Source of the DNA: Basidiobolus meristosporus CBS 931.73
Taxonomy: Eukaryota; Fungi; Basidiobolomycota
Direction: 5' to 3'
NCBI GenBank assembly: GCA_002104905.1
Contig: MCFE01000211.1
Location: forward strand, 62,001-126,000
Length of the DNA: 64,000 bases
Part shown: piece by piece, positions 49,550-63,136 of the stretch
Layout: every line of letters begins with the position of its first letter
Numbering within the stretch: the first letter of the stretch is position 1
The notes under the pieces: model-generated
Seen by the model: the letters and a program-made list of their open reading frames with translations, nothing else
What the model was told of the DNA's origin: nothing
Database searches by the model: none
Translations under genes and position numbers: made by a program

Positions 49550-52459
49550 CAAGTACCCTTTACCCCTGATCAACATCCTGTTGGATCAACTCTCTGCTGC
49601 CAAAGTACTTACTAAGATTGACCTCAGAGGAGCTTATAATCTTATCAGGATCAAACCTGGCAATGAATGGAAAACTGCCTTCAGAGCAAGATATGGTCAC
49701 TATGAATATAAGTAATGCCATTTGGCCTCACCAATGCCCCAGCTGTCTTTCAATACCTGATAAATGATATCTTCCAGGAGTACCTTGACCAATTTGTGGT
49801 TATCTCCCTTGATGATATCCTGATCTACTCCAAGACCCATGAAGGACATAATTCCTATGAGAAGAAAGTCTTGACCAAGCTTGGCACTGCTGGCTTCTAT
49901 GCCAAACTGGAAAAGTGTGAGTTTGACCAGAAAGAAGTTGAGTTCCAGATAATCTTGTAAGCTCAAATGTAACAAGAATGGACTCCAAGATAGTCACTCC
50001 CTTGACAAAGCTCACCCACAAAAATCTGCTCTTTGCGTGGAATAAGGAACATTCTGAGTTTTTTGATTCTATCAAGTAATCCTTCCTGTGTGCCCCACTG
50101 CTTGCCCACCCTGACCTTGAGAGGCCTTTCATCATAGAAACTGAAGCCTCTGACTTTGCCCTTGGTGTCATCTTCTCCCAGTATGATGACAAGAATGTGC
50201 TACACCCTATTGCATTCTACTTGGAAAAGTTTACCCCAGCTGAAGTAAACTGTGATATCTATGACAAGGAATCACTTGCAATCATTGTTGCCTTTCAACA
50301 TTGGGGACACTACCTTGATTGTGCAGCTCAAAAGATAAAGATCTTCTGTGACCACAAGAACCTTGAGTACTTTACCACATCAAGAGTACTGAACCAGAGA
50401 CAAGCAGATGGTCTTTCTTCCTGTCCAGCTTTGACTTTATCATCACCTATAGACCTGGTGTGAAACAAGAAAAACCTGATGCCCTCTCTAGAAAGATGGA
50501 GTATTCCCTTAAAGAAGGGGATGAGGCCTGTAGGCAAATGAAAACCCTGCACTCAACAAAAAAGATTTTGAGCTCCTTGCAACCCAGTCCTCCAGTATTA
50601 TGGCTCCTCTACTCCTTAAAAGAGTAAAGACTAGCCAAGCCACCAACTTCACAGTGGCCACAATCAAGAAGTACCTCAAGTCTCCCACTGACCCACCACC
50701 CAAGCTCCCAAACCTCCAGCACCTACATCTAGTCAATAACTTCATCTATCACTGGCACCAACTGTTTGTCCAAGTCCTTGATACCAGGTTAGATATCATC
50801 CACTCTTGCCATGATGCAATTGCCATGACACATTTTGGTACCGCCATAACTATGAATGCAATCAAGAGAGACTTCTGGTGGCCCAAGATGATATCCCTTG
50901 TCAAGGAGTACCTCCAAACCTGTGACACATGTAAATGTGCAAAATCTACCAGACACCAGCCATATGGACTTCTTCAACCCTTGCCAATTTCTGACCAGCA
51001 ATGGAAGTCAAATTCAATGGACTTCATAACCAACCTCCCACAGTCCAACCAATTTAATTGAGTCCTGGTATTGGCAGATAGACTCACAAAGATGGCTCAC
51101 TTCATTCACTGCTCCAAGCACATAGATGCCAAGGAGACTGCCCACCTAGTAATAAGGAACATTTTCTGGCTGCATGGTATCCCAAGTGACATTGTATCTG
51201 ATAGAGGACCCCAGTTTGTATCAAGATTGTGGAAAAACTTCATGCAATATCTGGGTGTGCAAGTCAAGCTCTCACCTGCTTTTCATCCTCAGTCTGATAG
51301 TCAGACAGGCAGAATTAACCAGATTCTTAAGCAATACCTCTGGTGCTATATCAACTATTAGCAAGACAACTGGACCCAGCTGCTACCACTTGCAGAATTT
51401 GGCTACAACAACTCCTGCCAGAGTGCGACTGGTCTCACACCATTCTATGCAAATTATGCTTTTCATCTCCATTTTGATATTCAAGTACCAACAAACCCTA
51501 TGAGCCCCCCAGCAGCTAAACATACATCAACAATTCTAGAAATCCAAGAAACACTCAGGAAAGAACTATCATTAGCCCGTGAGGGGTACTAGAAGTTTGC
51601 AGACAACAAACAGCAGCCTAACCCCAAGCTTAATGAGGGAGATTTGGTATGGCTCTTGAGAAGAAACATTGTTACCAGCCGCCCATGTGACAAACTAGAC
51701 TACAAGAAACTAGAGCCATTCAAAATCAAGAAGAGACTTAGTCCAATTGAATACCAACTACAGTTGCCACCAAGTATGATAATCCATGACACATTCCATG
51801 TATCCCTACTATAAACATTCCATGAAAGTACTCTACCCTACCAGCACCCAGCAAATCCCCCAGCCATTCAAGTAGACAAACACCAAGAGTTTGAAGCTCA
51901 GCAAGTGTTGGATTCAAATTACATCAGATCCCAACTTTACTCTCTGGTAGACTGGGTGGGTTACAGCCCAAATGATCAAATGTGAGAACCAGCAGCTAAC
52001 TTAGCAAATTGCCAAGATCTAGTTGCGCTATTTGACCAGATATACCCCTGCAAGCCAAAGCTAAAAGCTTGAGGAGAGCCCCTCAAAAGAGGAGAATAGT
52101 GTCATGATCACATGTCATCCCTGGCCTCCTATTATCAAGCCAAATCAAGTCAGCAAATAAATCCAAGTTCCTTCTAGAAAGTTCTACTACATTCTAGCAA
52201 CTTCTTGAAAGCTTAAAGTCAACATTTCAAAATGTGACATTCTATGGAAGCTTCCAATTGGAAATTTTGTAGTCCCATACCCTATATGGTAGCTGCATGT
52301 CATATGACCTGGTCACATGATTAGCCAACTCCAGACATCTCTCCAAAAGGTATTCTAGTTTGTTCTTTGGTATATTTCTATCTTGACATACTTACTGTGC
52401 CTCACCCAAGAACCCCATCAGTATTAGCCAATATCTCTTGGCATCCATATTGCCAAAAC

Positions 52460-53405
52460 TTAAATGAGAAAGCCACTGAGAAACTGCATATATGATGCCA
52501 CCAGAGGGCTTAATAATCCAATAGTCCCCTGTAAGGTGTGCAGATATCAGAAATTGCTGTATGGGTTTAAGCAGGCACCTATAGCATGGTATGAAAAAAT
52601 TGACACATATCTAGAGGAAATTTGGTCCTGTTGTAACACTGCAGAGAACAGAATATATATGAAATAGCTTAAAAAGGGAATAATTATCATGATACTTTAT
52701 GGGGACATCCAAATAATAGCTGTTATTGACCAGGGGGCACTTAAACAAACAAATTAGACCTCATCAGCAAGTTTGAGATTGAAGATCTCAGAAATCTGAG
52801 CTATTTTCTTGGAAATGAAGTCAGGGTTGACATACCTCTGAAGAATATTATGCTGATTCAGTCTAGGTATATCAGGGACATTGTCAGATGCTTCAAAATG
52901 CAAAATTGCATGCCTGCAGCAACCCCCATGGACAATAACCTGAAGTTAAGCAAGTCTCAGACAGTTTGCATAGAAACAGCTCAAAAATATACCAGCACTT
53001 TCCCTATCAGTCAATAGTTGGTAGAATGATGCTCTAGATGGTGTCTACAGGTCCAGATGCTTGATAGAAGCTCTACTGCTGAGTATGTATTTCTTTATGC
53101 TGATACAGCTATTACTTGGAACAGCAAGAAACAACCAAATGTGGTCCTCCCTACAACTGAGGCTGAACATATGGCTGCTTGTCAAGCAACTGAGGAGGCT
53201 GTATGGTGACAAGACTTATTCAAAGACTTGGGTTTCAGCTCAGAAGTACCAACAAGTTTTTACACACCACAGTTTGAGAATCTCAGAGAATTTTGGATTA
53301 AGAAATTATTTTGTTGAGGGGAAGTGCTGAAATATTGGACCTTTGGTATCATTTGGCAGCTAGAAACTTACTCAATATTTTTGGACAAGTCTTGGTCATT
53401 GTAGA
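52460..53405 (+). mobile_element. Copia family-2 RT/RNase H fragment with PPT and a truncated LTR start
   Basis: CKVCRYQKLLYGFKQAPIAWYEKI; similarity to 41380-42620. Confidence 0.75.
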
Positions 53406-54398
53406 ACTAATCTTCATCCCAACTTGAATAAGTACATATCCAGCTCATCCAGTCCTTGTATTTGTAGTGTTGCAGGTTCCTATGGATATTGATTGGATCT
53501 TTCAAGAAGTACTCTGGGTAGTGAATACACTGTAATATCTTGTCAATTCTTTCAAATTTCTCCAGTATTCTGAAGGGCTCATGTAAGCTGAAATGCCTCA
53601 TATATAAGCAGATCATTCAGTATAGGGACATTGTTGAGAAGCAAAGGCATTGCTCCCAGCAAAAAGCTTTTGCTCCAAAATGTTGCTCAATCTTAGTATT
53701 GTTGGCTTCCAATGAATTCCATATTCTGGCCATTGGCTTATAGTTTACTAATTTGCTGCAATTGCACTGGTGACTTCTGTACATTCTCTCTGTGGGAATA
53801 TCATGCTCTTGGTGTTAATTTTTGGATAACAAAATGTGTGTTAGTTTTGGAGTTAAGTCCCTGGATCTCACACATGGGACATCAATATCATCCATTGTAC
53901 ACAGATCTGCTTCTTGAATACATAAGTTAGATCAGTTTGTAGTCAAGTCAATTAGGCTTATTTTTAGCCTCTCAGAATATCAGTATTATGTATCAAATCA
54001 TTAGTATTAGTCAGCATATGAATCAGCAGATCCTTATGAGACAGCAATAGATATACCAAATAAGGTCAAATTTGGTGATGATGACACAATCAAATGAATG
54101 ATCAGCCACTACTCACATTTGAATATATAATTAGTCAGCAATTGATCTGGCAAATGTATATAAGGAGCTGCTGGAACCTCATTAAAGATCAGGTGAAGCT
54201 TTAGTGTATACAAAACTAGCTAAATCCCTATTCCTCCACAACTCACATATTAAGACTAGTAACACAATAATTCCAATACTATATGCATGCTTTGTGGCTG
54301 AAAGGCATATTTTAATATCTACATGGTCTTTTTTCACTTCTCTTACAATGTTGAAGCAAGGTGGACTTCTCCATGGGGCAAGTAGTTTGACAATAAGT
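53405..54398. repeat. CACTA transposase middle fragment (~53405-53900) and accessory-region fragment
   Basis: Matches ~16900-17400 and ~21980-22080. Confidence 0.65.
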
Positions 54399-57300
54399 TG
54401 TTGTAAGAGTCTTGGAGATATTGGAAGTGATATGGAGAACAAGTAGATTATGTGGTTTTCACTTAGTGATTTATTGAATGTGAAAGTAGTATTTATACTT
54501 TTACATGGTCTTGGAATAACAAGCACATAACATAGATCAAGGAAGGTTCCAAGAACATGTGTGCAAAGCTTGCGGCTGTTTGGACAACTTTGAGAATTCT
54601 CATGTACTGGGTACCTGGTATTTCATTGAAAATATTCTAAGTAAATCCCAACAAGGAGTTTGGCTAGTATTCTCTAGGATTTGAAGGTAATGATCTAAGT
54701 GACTAAGTTAGGTGAATATCTAGGTGGAATTACAAATTTTTACAACACTCCCACTCAGCCAAATGCTCATACTGACTAGTGCTAATTTTGACCTAAGATA
54801 TTCAAACTTGTCTCTAGCTAATGGTTTGGTAAATATGGCTGCAACCATTGCATCTGCGGAACAGTAAGCTCAGCTAACTAAGCTATTCACTATTGCTTTA
54901 CATATGAAGTGATGTCTAATATCTATGTGCTTAGTTCTAGCATCAAAAGTTGAATTTCTACCTAATTGGATACATCCTTAATTATTTTGAAATATAGTAA
55001 TAGGTGTTTTTTGCCATAGGCTTAGATCTGTAAAAAGCTTTCTTAGCCACATTCCTTCTTTTGTAGCTTCACAGGCTGCCAAATACTCTGCCTCTGTGGT
55101 AGAAAGTGCTGCAGTTGGTTGCTTTCTTGAATTCCATGACATTGCTCCTTTACAGTAAAGAAAGGTGAATTCTGTGGTGGATCTTCTGTCTTCCAGATTT
55201 CTTCCCCAATCAGCATCAGAGTATACCACAAGATTCTGTTCTGAATCCTTATAAGTGTATATTAAGCAGATATCTGCAGTTCCTTTTAGGTATCTAAAAA
55301 TCAGCTTAACTGCTGCAATATAATCAGATCCATGGTTCTGATTATGTTGGCTGACAACTCCCATTGAATATGAGATATCTGGAAATGTTCCAAGAATGAT
55401 GTACATCAGACTGCCAAGCATAGATTGATGAGGAAAGTCAGGGCTTTGAGATGGCACTAAGCTCTCTTGATTTGGTTAAGTTTTGACCAAGTTAAGGTTT
55501 GTCTCTATTGGGGTAGCTGCTGGTTTACAGTCTTCCATTTGCTACTTCTTTGGTATATCTTGACTATACTTGGATTGGCTTAGGCAGATAGTCTGGGTGC
55601 TTCTGTCTCTCAAGAACTTAGCCCCTAAGTAATAACTGAGTTATCCTAGGTTGGATATTGTGAGCTGCTTAGATAGGCTGGATTTAGTCTCTTCCAATGT
55701 TTCTAGGTTATTGGTGGCTATAATAAGATCATCCACATATAGGGCTAATAGAGCTGGATTTGCTCCATTTGACTTATAGTATATACTATAGTCAGCATTA
55801 ATACTTTTGAAACTCAAAGATTCCAAATACAAATCTATCTTGCAATTTCAGGCTCTTGGTTATTGTCTGAGACCATATAGAGACTTTTTAAGCTTGCAGA
55901 CCAAATAGGGGATATCTTGGTGAGCAAACCCATCAGGCTGACTCATATACATGTCCTCATCAAGTTCTCCATTAAAAAATGCAGCTTTTACATCCATTTG
56001 ATGAATAAAAAACTTAAATTTGGCTGCAATAGTCAATATTGATCTGATGGAACTAAACTTGGCTACCAGTGCAAAGGTCTGAGTATAGTCAAGTCCTTTT
56101 GTTTGAGAATAACCCTTGGCCACAAGTATTGCCTTGAATCAATCAATTGTATTATCAGCATTGCATTTTATCTTGAAGACCCATCTGCATCCAATTGATT
56201 TTTAGTTGGTTGGTAATTTGACTAAGTCCCAAGTTTGATTTTCCATCTGGGCCTGATGTTCCTCAGTCATTGCAGATCTCCAAAACTTTGTCTGAGGGCT
56301 ATTTTTGGCCTCTTTTACAGTCTTGGGTTTATCAATATGGACTGAATAAGCATAGGCTAAGTTTGCACCCTCATTGATATAGTGATTTGGGCTATTTATT
56401 GTACAATTGGATCTCCGGGCATTTGATACTGAAATGATCACTTATGGGATATTCCTGGGCACTGATTCAGGTTAAACCATGGTTGAATAGTCCTCTGGAG
56501 TGAAAATATCTTCATTGTTTTGCTCTGATTCAATCCTGACAGTTTGTGGACTTAAGATCAAATTTTTGTCATCATCTGATGTCTTTTTTTGAAGAATTCT
56601 GAGTTTTCATCAAACAACACATCCCTGGACTTGATTAGCTTCTTTGCTTTGGTATTATAGAGTCTGTATGCTTTACTCTCAATGCAGTAGCCCAAAAATA
56701 TGCATTTTACACTTTTTGGCTCAAATTTTGTCCAATTTCCAGGCAATTTCTTGGCATATGCTGTACACCCAAATATTCTTAGATGTTCTGCACTTGGTCT
56801 GTATCCATACCATGCTTAAAATGGAGTAGGATCACTAAGTATTCTGTCATAACTCCTATTTTTAAGGTATACAGCAGTGGCAACTGATTACACCCAAAAA
56901 TCATAGGATAATTTTTGATCATAAATCATATATCTTGCCATATCAGTTATTGATCTGTTAGCACATTCTGCTACTTCCTTTTGGTGTGGGGAGTATGGTA
57001 CAGCAGTGTCTTGCTTCATCCCATAAATCTTGCAGAAGTGGATGAAGCGTTTTGAGGTTTATTCTACACCATTGTCAGGGTTTATTTTCTTTATTTTTTC
57101 ACCAGTTTCTCTCTGCACCATGGCTTTGAGCTCCCTGAACTTAGACAGAGTTTCTTCCTTTCTCTCTATGAATTAGACACATGTGTATCTTGTATAACTA
57201 TCAATAAAAGTGATTAAATACTTCATCCCTCCTAAAGATAAACTTTGCATTGGTCCACACAGATCTGGGTGAATTAGATCTAGTTTTTTCTTAGATTAGA

Positions 57301-59080
57301 TTAGCCCAGAGCTCTTGAGCAGCTGTCTGGCTTGTTTCCCATATATGCAGGCTTCACAGTACTCCAAAATAGCTGGGGGATCAGTTTTTCCTCTGGAAAT
57401 TAGCTAATCTTTGATCATTTTGCACAAATAATCAAAATCAATGTGCCCAAATCTCCTGTGCCAAAGCATGAGTGTTTCTTCATTGAAGTTACTTATATTG
57501 GCTTCCAGATATAATGGAGTATAAGTCAACTTGTATAGGTTCTGATTTCTGATACCCAAAGCAATATGTGCACCACTTTGATCAGTGATCTTGCATCCAG
57601 AATTGTTAAAGCTGAAACTGAGTCCTTCTGCTGTGGCCTTGCTTACAGAGAGTAGGTTCTTGGCTATTTCTGGCACATAAAGTACTTCCTTAAAGATCAG
57701 TATATGGCTTTCTTCACTGCTTCTTAGGTTTACTTGGATAGTTCCATCTCCCACTGCATCAAGTGTTCTATTTTCACCCATGAAAACCTTCTTAATTGGA
57801 ATTTCTTGATATTGGGTAAGAAGTTCTTTTTGGTGTGTAAAGTGTTGAGATGCTCCAGAGTCAGTATAACACAACTAAGAGTCCTTGCTTGTGGTCATAT
57901 TTAGTGCAGATATGAATAATCCATCTTCAGTTGTTGCAGCATTTCCATATTCAGGCTTTTACTACTAACTATCTCTCTTTTTGAAGCACCAGTATGATGT
58001 GTTTCCATTCCTTTTGCAGTAGTTGCAAACAGGTTGCTATTGCCTTTAAAAGGTATTGGGTATCTTCTTTGGTGATTATCATTGCTTACTAAAGCATTTT
58101 CTGCTTCCTTCCAATTGGTGATTGATTTTCTTAATTCTTCATCCAAGAGCCTTCCATATATGTTATTTAAGGTCAAATCTTCAGTTCTGAACTCTAGGGC
58201 TGATACAAGGCCCTGAAATGTGTCTGTCAGGCTATTCAGGATGGTTACTATCACATCCTCATCAGTAGTTGGTACACCTGCAGATTCCATTTCATCTACA
58301 AGCAGGGTAATTCTGTTTGTTAGATTTCTCATTTCTTCTCCTGGCAGCATCTTTACAGTAAAGAATTTTGTCTCAGATACATTTTCTTAGCAGCTAAACA
58401 TGACTGATAGGCGTCTTCTAATGCCTTCCAGGCATTCTTTGCTGTTTTTGCTCATGAGCATTGAATTAGCAATTTGTCCTTAACATTAAGGCAAATGAAG
58501 TTAAAGACACTTTGTTCTTTCTTCTAATACTTTAAGGCTTCTTCTCCCATGTTTTTAGGAGGGCATTCATCTCACATGACAATATCCCAAAGGCCTCTTT
58601 CTTGTAACAGCATCTTCAACTTCACCTTCCACACTTGGTAGTTAGATCCATCCAATTTCTCAGCAGAGGGAAAAATTCCAGTAATAGCAGTAGTAGACAT
58701 TGCAGTGAGTAACAGCTTGGGGCTCATAACCGGTTGTAAGAGTCTTGGAGATATTGGAAGTGATTGGGAGGACAAGTAGATTATGTTGTTTTCACTTAAT
58801 AATTTATTGAATGTAAAAGTAACATTTATACTTTTACATAGTCTTGGCATAACAGAGACATAGAATAGGTTAAGAAAGGTCCCAAGAGCATGTGTGCAAT
58901 GTTTGGAGCTGTTTCAACAACTTTGAGATTTTTCATGTTCTGGGTACCTCATATATTGGTGAAAATATTCTAAGTAAATCCCAACAAGGAATTTGGTTGG
59001 TATTCTCTAGGATTTGAAGGTAATGATCTAAGTGACTAAGTTAGGTGAATATCTAGGTGGAATTACAAATTTTTACAACA
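54399..59080 (-). mobile_element. Full-length Ty1/copia family 1 copy B (more degenerate than copy A)
   Basis: LTRs at 54399-54747 and ~58732-59080; PBS and PPT as in copy A; same domain remnants. TSD not preserved (TAAGT vs TATAC). Confidence 0.92.
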
Positions 59081-62040
59081 TATACAACATGACACTATTA
59101 TATTGCTTTTTTGCCAAAACCCATGTGATATCAAAGAAAATCATGCATTTGAGATATTGCAACTAAATGAATGTAAGATTCAATGATGACCTGCCACAGT
59201 AAGTATTATAAGTACAGCTGTGGCACCACCCACACATGTATATGTAACACTATTTACTCATGGTTTGACTCACTTCCATATATATGCAGCCAAAAAAGGC
59301 AAGTCATCTGGTTCCCAACCAAAGTGTACTGCTGACAGCAGCAGTAATACAGTTAGACAATAGCTTGCTTTGACATTTCATGCAACAAGCTGGGCTTCAT
59401 CCAAAAAGCCCTTGTTGACAGTGTTTCTACTGAAGGAAATAATGTGGACTCCTCAAGCTCTTAGTCAAGCAGGCAACTGAGATTATCTGCAGACCTGCAG
59501 GCTGACTATAATGCTCAAACAGTATGTAGCAAACACAATACCTCTGGTAGAAGAACATCAGGTAGCTGTCATAACATCATTGCCACCTATATTGGCAAGT
59601 ATTTTGTCAGTCTATACTAAAGCATTAATGAGGCAAATGGGTGCAGTGGCTAATAGGATAGGTGCAATGGCCCAGAGAAATAAGGAAATAGTCTAGAGAC
59701 AGAATGAGCAGATAATACATGTAGAGCTAACAATATCCCAGGTAAAGAACAAAGTATCTTTGCTGCAAAGCACAAGTGCAAGTAGCTCAATGTCACATCC
59801 AAGAATTGTGCCATTTCCCAAAGTAACACAGAGGAACACTGCAGAGTCTTTGATGCACCACAACAGTACCCAATAATAAAGTTTGCAGAAAAACCTATTG
59901 CAGAATGCATAGGAGAGACTGTGGTACTCATTCTAATGCCTCAAAGTCAAAAGACATGGAAGATCCATGATACCATTGAGTGCAATAATGCACAGTGGGC
60001 TAATATTCAAGAGGCTGTAAGAAGTCAGGCATACAATCACCCTAACACCGGCATACCACAGGACCATCAGGAACCAAAAGCTAGGTGGAATGTGTTGATC
60101 TGTTCCATGAGCATTATTCTGGATCCAAACAAGCAAACAGATCTTGCATCAGCATTGGTATGCTAGGAGAGTACCTCAAGAGTAGCAGTAACTATTAAAG
60201 GCAGAGGAGGATGGGTGCCATTGCTAAAAACCAGTAGTCTCCTCAAGAGCCTGCTACAAGCAGGGCAAAAGCTCTTAGCAAGTGTCACAGAAAAGTCTGG
60301 TAGCTGTAAAAGTGCCAATAAGGGGCAAGCAGGTAGATACAGATGCACCTATGCAATATTTATCAAGGGATCAACATAGTCCCATTTCACAAGCACTCAG
60401 TTAAAACAGTACTGATGAGCCTGTCAGTGATAAAAAACAGCAGCTTCCTCTAGAGCCTGTTGCAACTGAGGCTGATAGCTCAAAACAAGTGGCAAAGAAG
60501 TGTCAGGTTGCCAGCAGAGTGCAATTATGGAAGAAGAAGAAGGCAGAAATAGATGCATCAGTGCAGCATTGATCAGAAAGAAAGCATTGTTCAATGAAAG
60601 AAGCACTCCAACAAAGTAGCGGTGTACAACCCAGTAGTGATAATGGAAGAGGGAAAGGGAAAAAGGTTTACTCAGGTCAGTGACAGGGAAGTGCAAGAAG
60701 AAAGCTGCAGTTCTTGCCAATTGTTGCCTTGAGCCCAGAACAGGCTGAATCCCATCATAGCCAAGAAGAATTACCAACAAAGCAAGAGCTGACTTCTCCA
60801 GAGTTGGAAGTGCTGCCAGTTGAACTTCACTCCAGTGAGGAGATATAAGCTTGCAGAGAAAGGCAATTTCTCTACCACTGTATCCACATCCTCCATTACA
60901 GTCACAGGGGAGATCCCAATGACAGACAAATCAACCATATCAAAGACTTAATAGACTATGGCAATGCCTACCATGGAGTTTTGGAGCAATAACAGGCATA
61001 GCAAAAGGTTGCAGCACTTCTTCAAGAGCAGTGCTCAACAGAATGCACTTGAATATTGCAAAGACCCGCAAATGAGGTGCTAGACCTTTCAGTGCTTGAT
61101 GAAGACTAGGCTATATGAGAACCAGTGAATGAGCACTGGCCTAAAGCCACAGGGTACCTGCCAAAGTCATGGCAGAAGGGTGTTTTGGCAGAAATACCTA
61201 CTAGACTTGTTCTGTGGATAGTGCCACATTGAGCCACAAGTGCCAAACAATACCATAGTGTGCCAGGGAGGCCAAGTGTGCCTGTACTTGGTCACAGAGT
61301 GTAAAACATAGCTCTTCATCTTCATGCAAAGCAGCCTCTGTGCTTCACACACTGTGCTGGAGAAATCCATATTTTGGCCATTTTTTTGGATCAATGTTGT
61401 ATAGGATGTGTGAGAGCACAAAAGGACTGAAGACATGCATCTAGTACTCAAAGCCCATGGAACTGTGAAACTAGCTCCTGTAGCTTGTATCATGTCACAA
61501 AAATGCATGTCACTATCTTGGTCCACTGGTACTATCTGGCACTATAAGTGCTTTGTATAAGCTCTACTTTAGGGCTAATATTTTGAAAAAATGTCAGATA
61601 GTACCAGTGGACCAAGATAGTGCCATGCATTTTTGTGACATGATACAAGCTACAGGAGCTAGTTTCACAGTTCCATGGGCTTTGAGTACTAGATGCATGT
61701 CTTCAGTCCTTTTGTGTTCTTACACATCCTGCACAACACTGATCCAAAAAAATGGTCAAAAATGAATTTTCTCTAGCATGGTGGGTGAAACGCAGGGGCT
61801 GCTTTGAATGAGAATGAAGAGCTATGTTTCACACTTTGTGGCCCAGCTTAGGTCTGCTATGCCTCTCTGGCACACAATGGCACTATTTGACACTCATGGC
61901 TCAATGTGGCACTATCCAACAGAACAAGTCTAGTGGGTGGTGGATTTGATGGAGTTACTTGTAAAGTGTGAGGTAGGGTTTAATCTTAGTGTTGAGTATA
62001 GGGGCTTGTATAGGCCAGTATAGTTGGAAGTTGAGTTACA
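59081..62040. repeat. CACTA accessory-region copy (continuing the host from 54398), interrupted by the MITE at 61203-61931
   Basis: Colinear with ~22080-24330. Confidence 0.7.
61203..61931. mobile_element. Fold-back MITE (729 bp) with PHIS-family termini
   Basis: AGACTTGTTCTG...CAGAACAAGTCT; two ~340-bp inverted arms around a ~50-bp spacer. Confidence 0.9.
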
Positions 62041-62099
62041 TTTGATGGCACATATTACCAACAATGACAAAGCAAGGGCTACTCCAAAGGTATGTATGA

Positions 62100-62340
62100 C
62101 CATGGCTTTGCCTTGGCACTTGATGGATTCTAATCAGAGAAGTATTCTTCCAACAAATCCTGCTGGCTGCTGATATTTATTAGTCTGAGTCTGCTGCCTA
62201 TCATACTTTATCAGAGCAGATATCTCATTGTTGTCTCACTGGTATCTGGGCCTAAAATGCCACCCAACTGGAATAGCTACCTCTAGCCATAGCTGGATGA
62301 GCTTCCAGTGCTTTCCAGTGGGATACTAATAAATGGCCAT
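62100..62340 (+). pseudogene. CACTA transposase fragment
   Basis: SCWLLIFISLSLLPIILYQSRYLIVVSLVSGPKMPPNWNSYL*P*LDEL, homologous to 20895-21086. Confidence 0.7.
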
Positions 62341-62404
62341 TGTATCCATTGTAAAGACTTGTAATGCCACCTGAGTTTTTACCTAAATCATTCACTTAGA
62401 TTAT

Positions 62405-63136
62405 AGACTTGTTCTGTTGGATAGTGCCACATTGAGCCATGAGTGCCAAATGATGCCATAGTGTGCCAGGAAGGCCAAGTGAGCCTATACTTGGCCACAG
62501 AGTGTGAAACATACCTCTGCATCTTCATGCAAAGCAGCCCCTGTGGCTCACCCATTGTGCTGCAGAAAATTCCTTTTTTGACCTTTTTTTTTAGATCAAT
62601 ATTGTGCAGGATGTGTAAGAGCACAAACAGATTGAAGATATGCATCTGGTACTCAATACCCATGGCACTCTAAATCTAGCTTCTGAGGCTTGTAACATGT
62701 CACAAAAATGCACAGCACTATCTTGGTCCACTGGTACTCTCTGGCACTAAAAGTGCTTTATATAGGTTTACTCTAGTGCTAAAATCTGTATATAGTGCCA
62801 AATAGTACAAGTGGACCAAGATAGTGCCATACATTTTTGTGACATAATACAAGCTACAGAAGATAAATCCAGAGTGCCATGGGTATTGAGTACCAGATGC
62901 ATGTCTTCATTCCTTTTGTTCTCTTACAGATCCTACACAACATAGATCCAAAAACAAAGGTCAAAAAAAGAATTTTCTCCAGAACAATGGGTGAAGCACA
63001 GGACTGCTCTGCATGAAGATACAGAGCTATGTTTCACACTCTGTGGCCAAGTACAGGCTCACTTGGCCTCCCTGGCACACTATGGGATCATTTGGTACTC
63101 ATTGCTCAATGTGGCACTATCCAACAGAACAAGTCT
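62405..63136. mobile_element. Fold-back MITE (732 bp), second copy, lying within a copia family-1 LTR
   Basis: Same TIRs and inverted arms as 61203-61931; both flanks are pieces of the family-1 LTR with a short deletion. Confidence 0.9.

Larger units (their letters stand above)
44200..52340 (+). mobile_element. Ty3/gypsy chromovirus, degenerate and split: gag/protease 44200-~45470; RT-RH-IN-chromodomain ~49550-52072; probable 3' LTR from 52100
   Basis: [115 protein letters not shown]; chromodomain EFEAQQVLD...LVDWVGY...*EP; PPT AAAAGAGGAGAATAG|TG. Confidence 0.9.
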
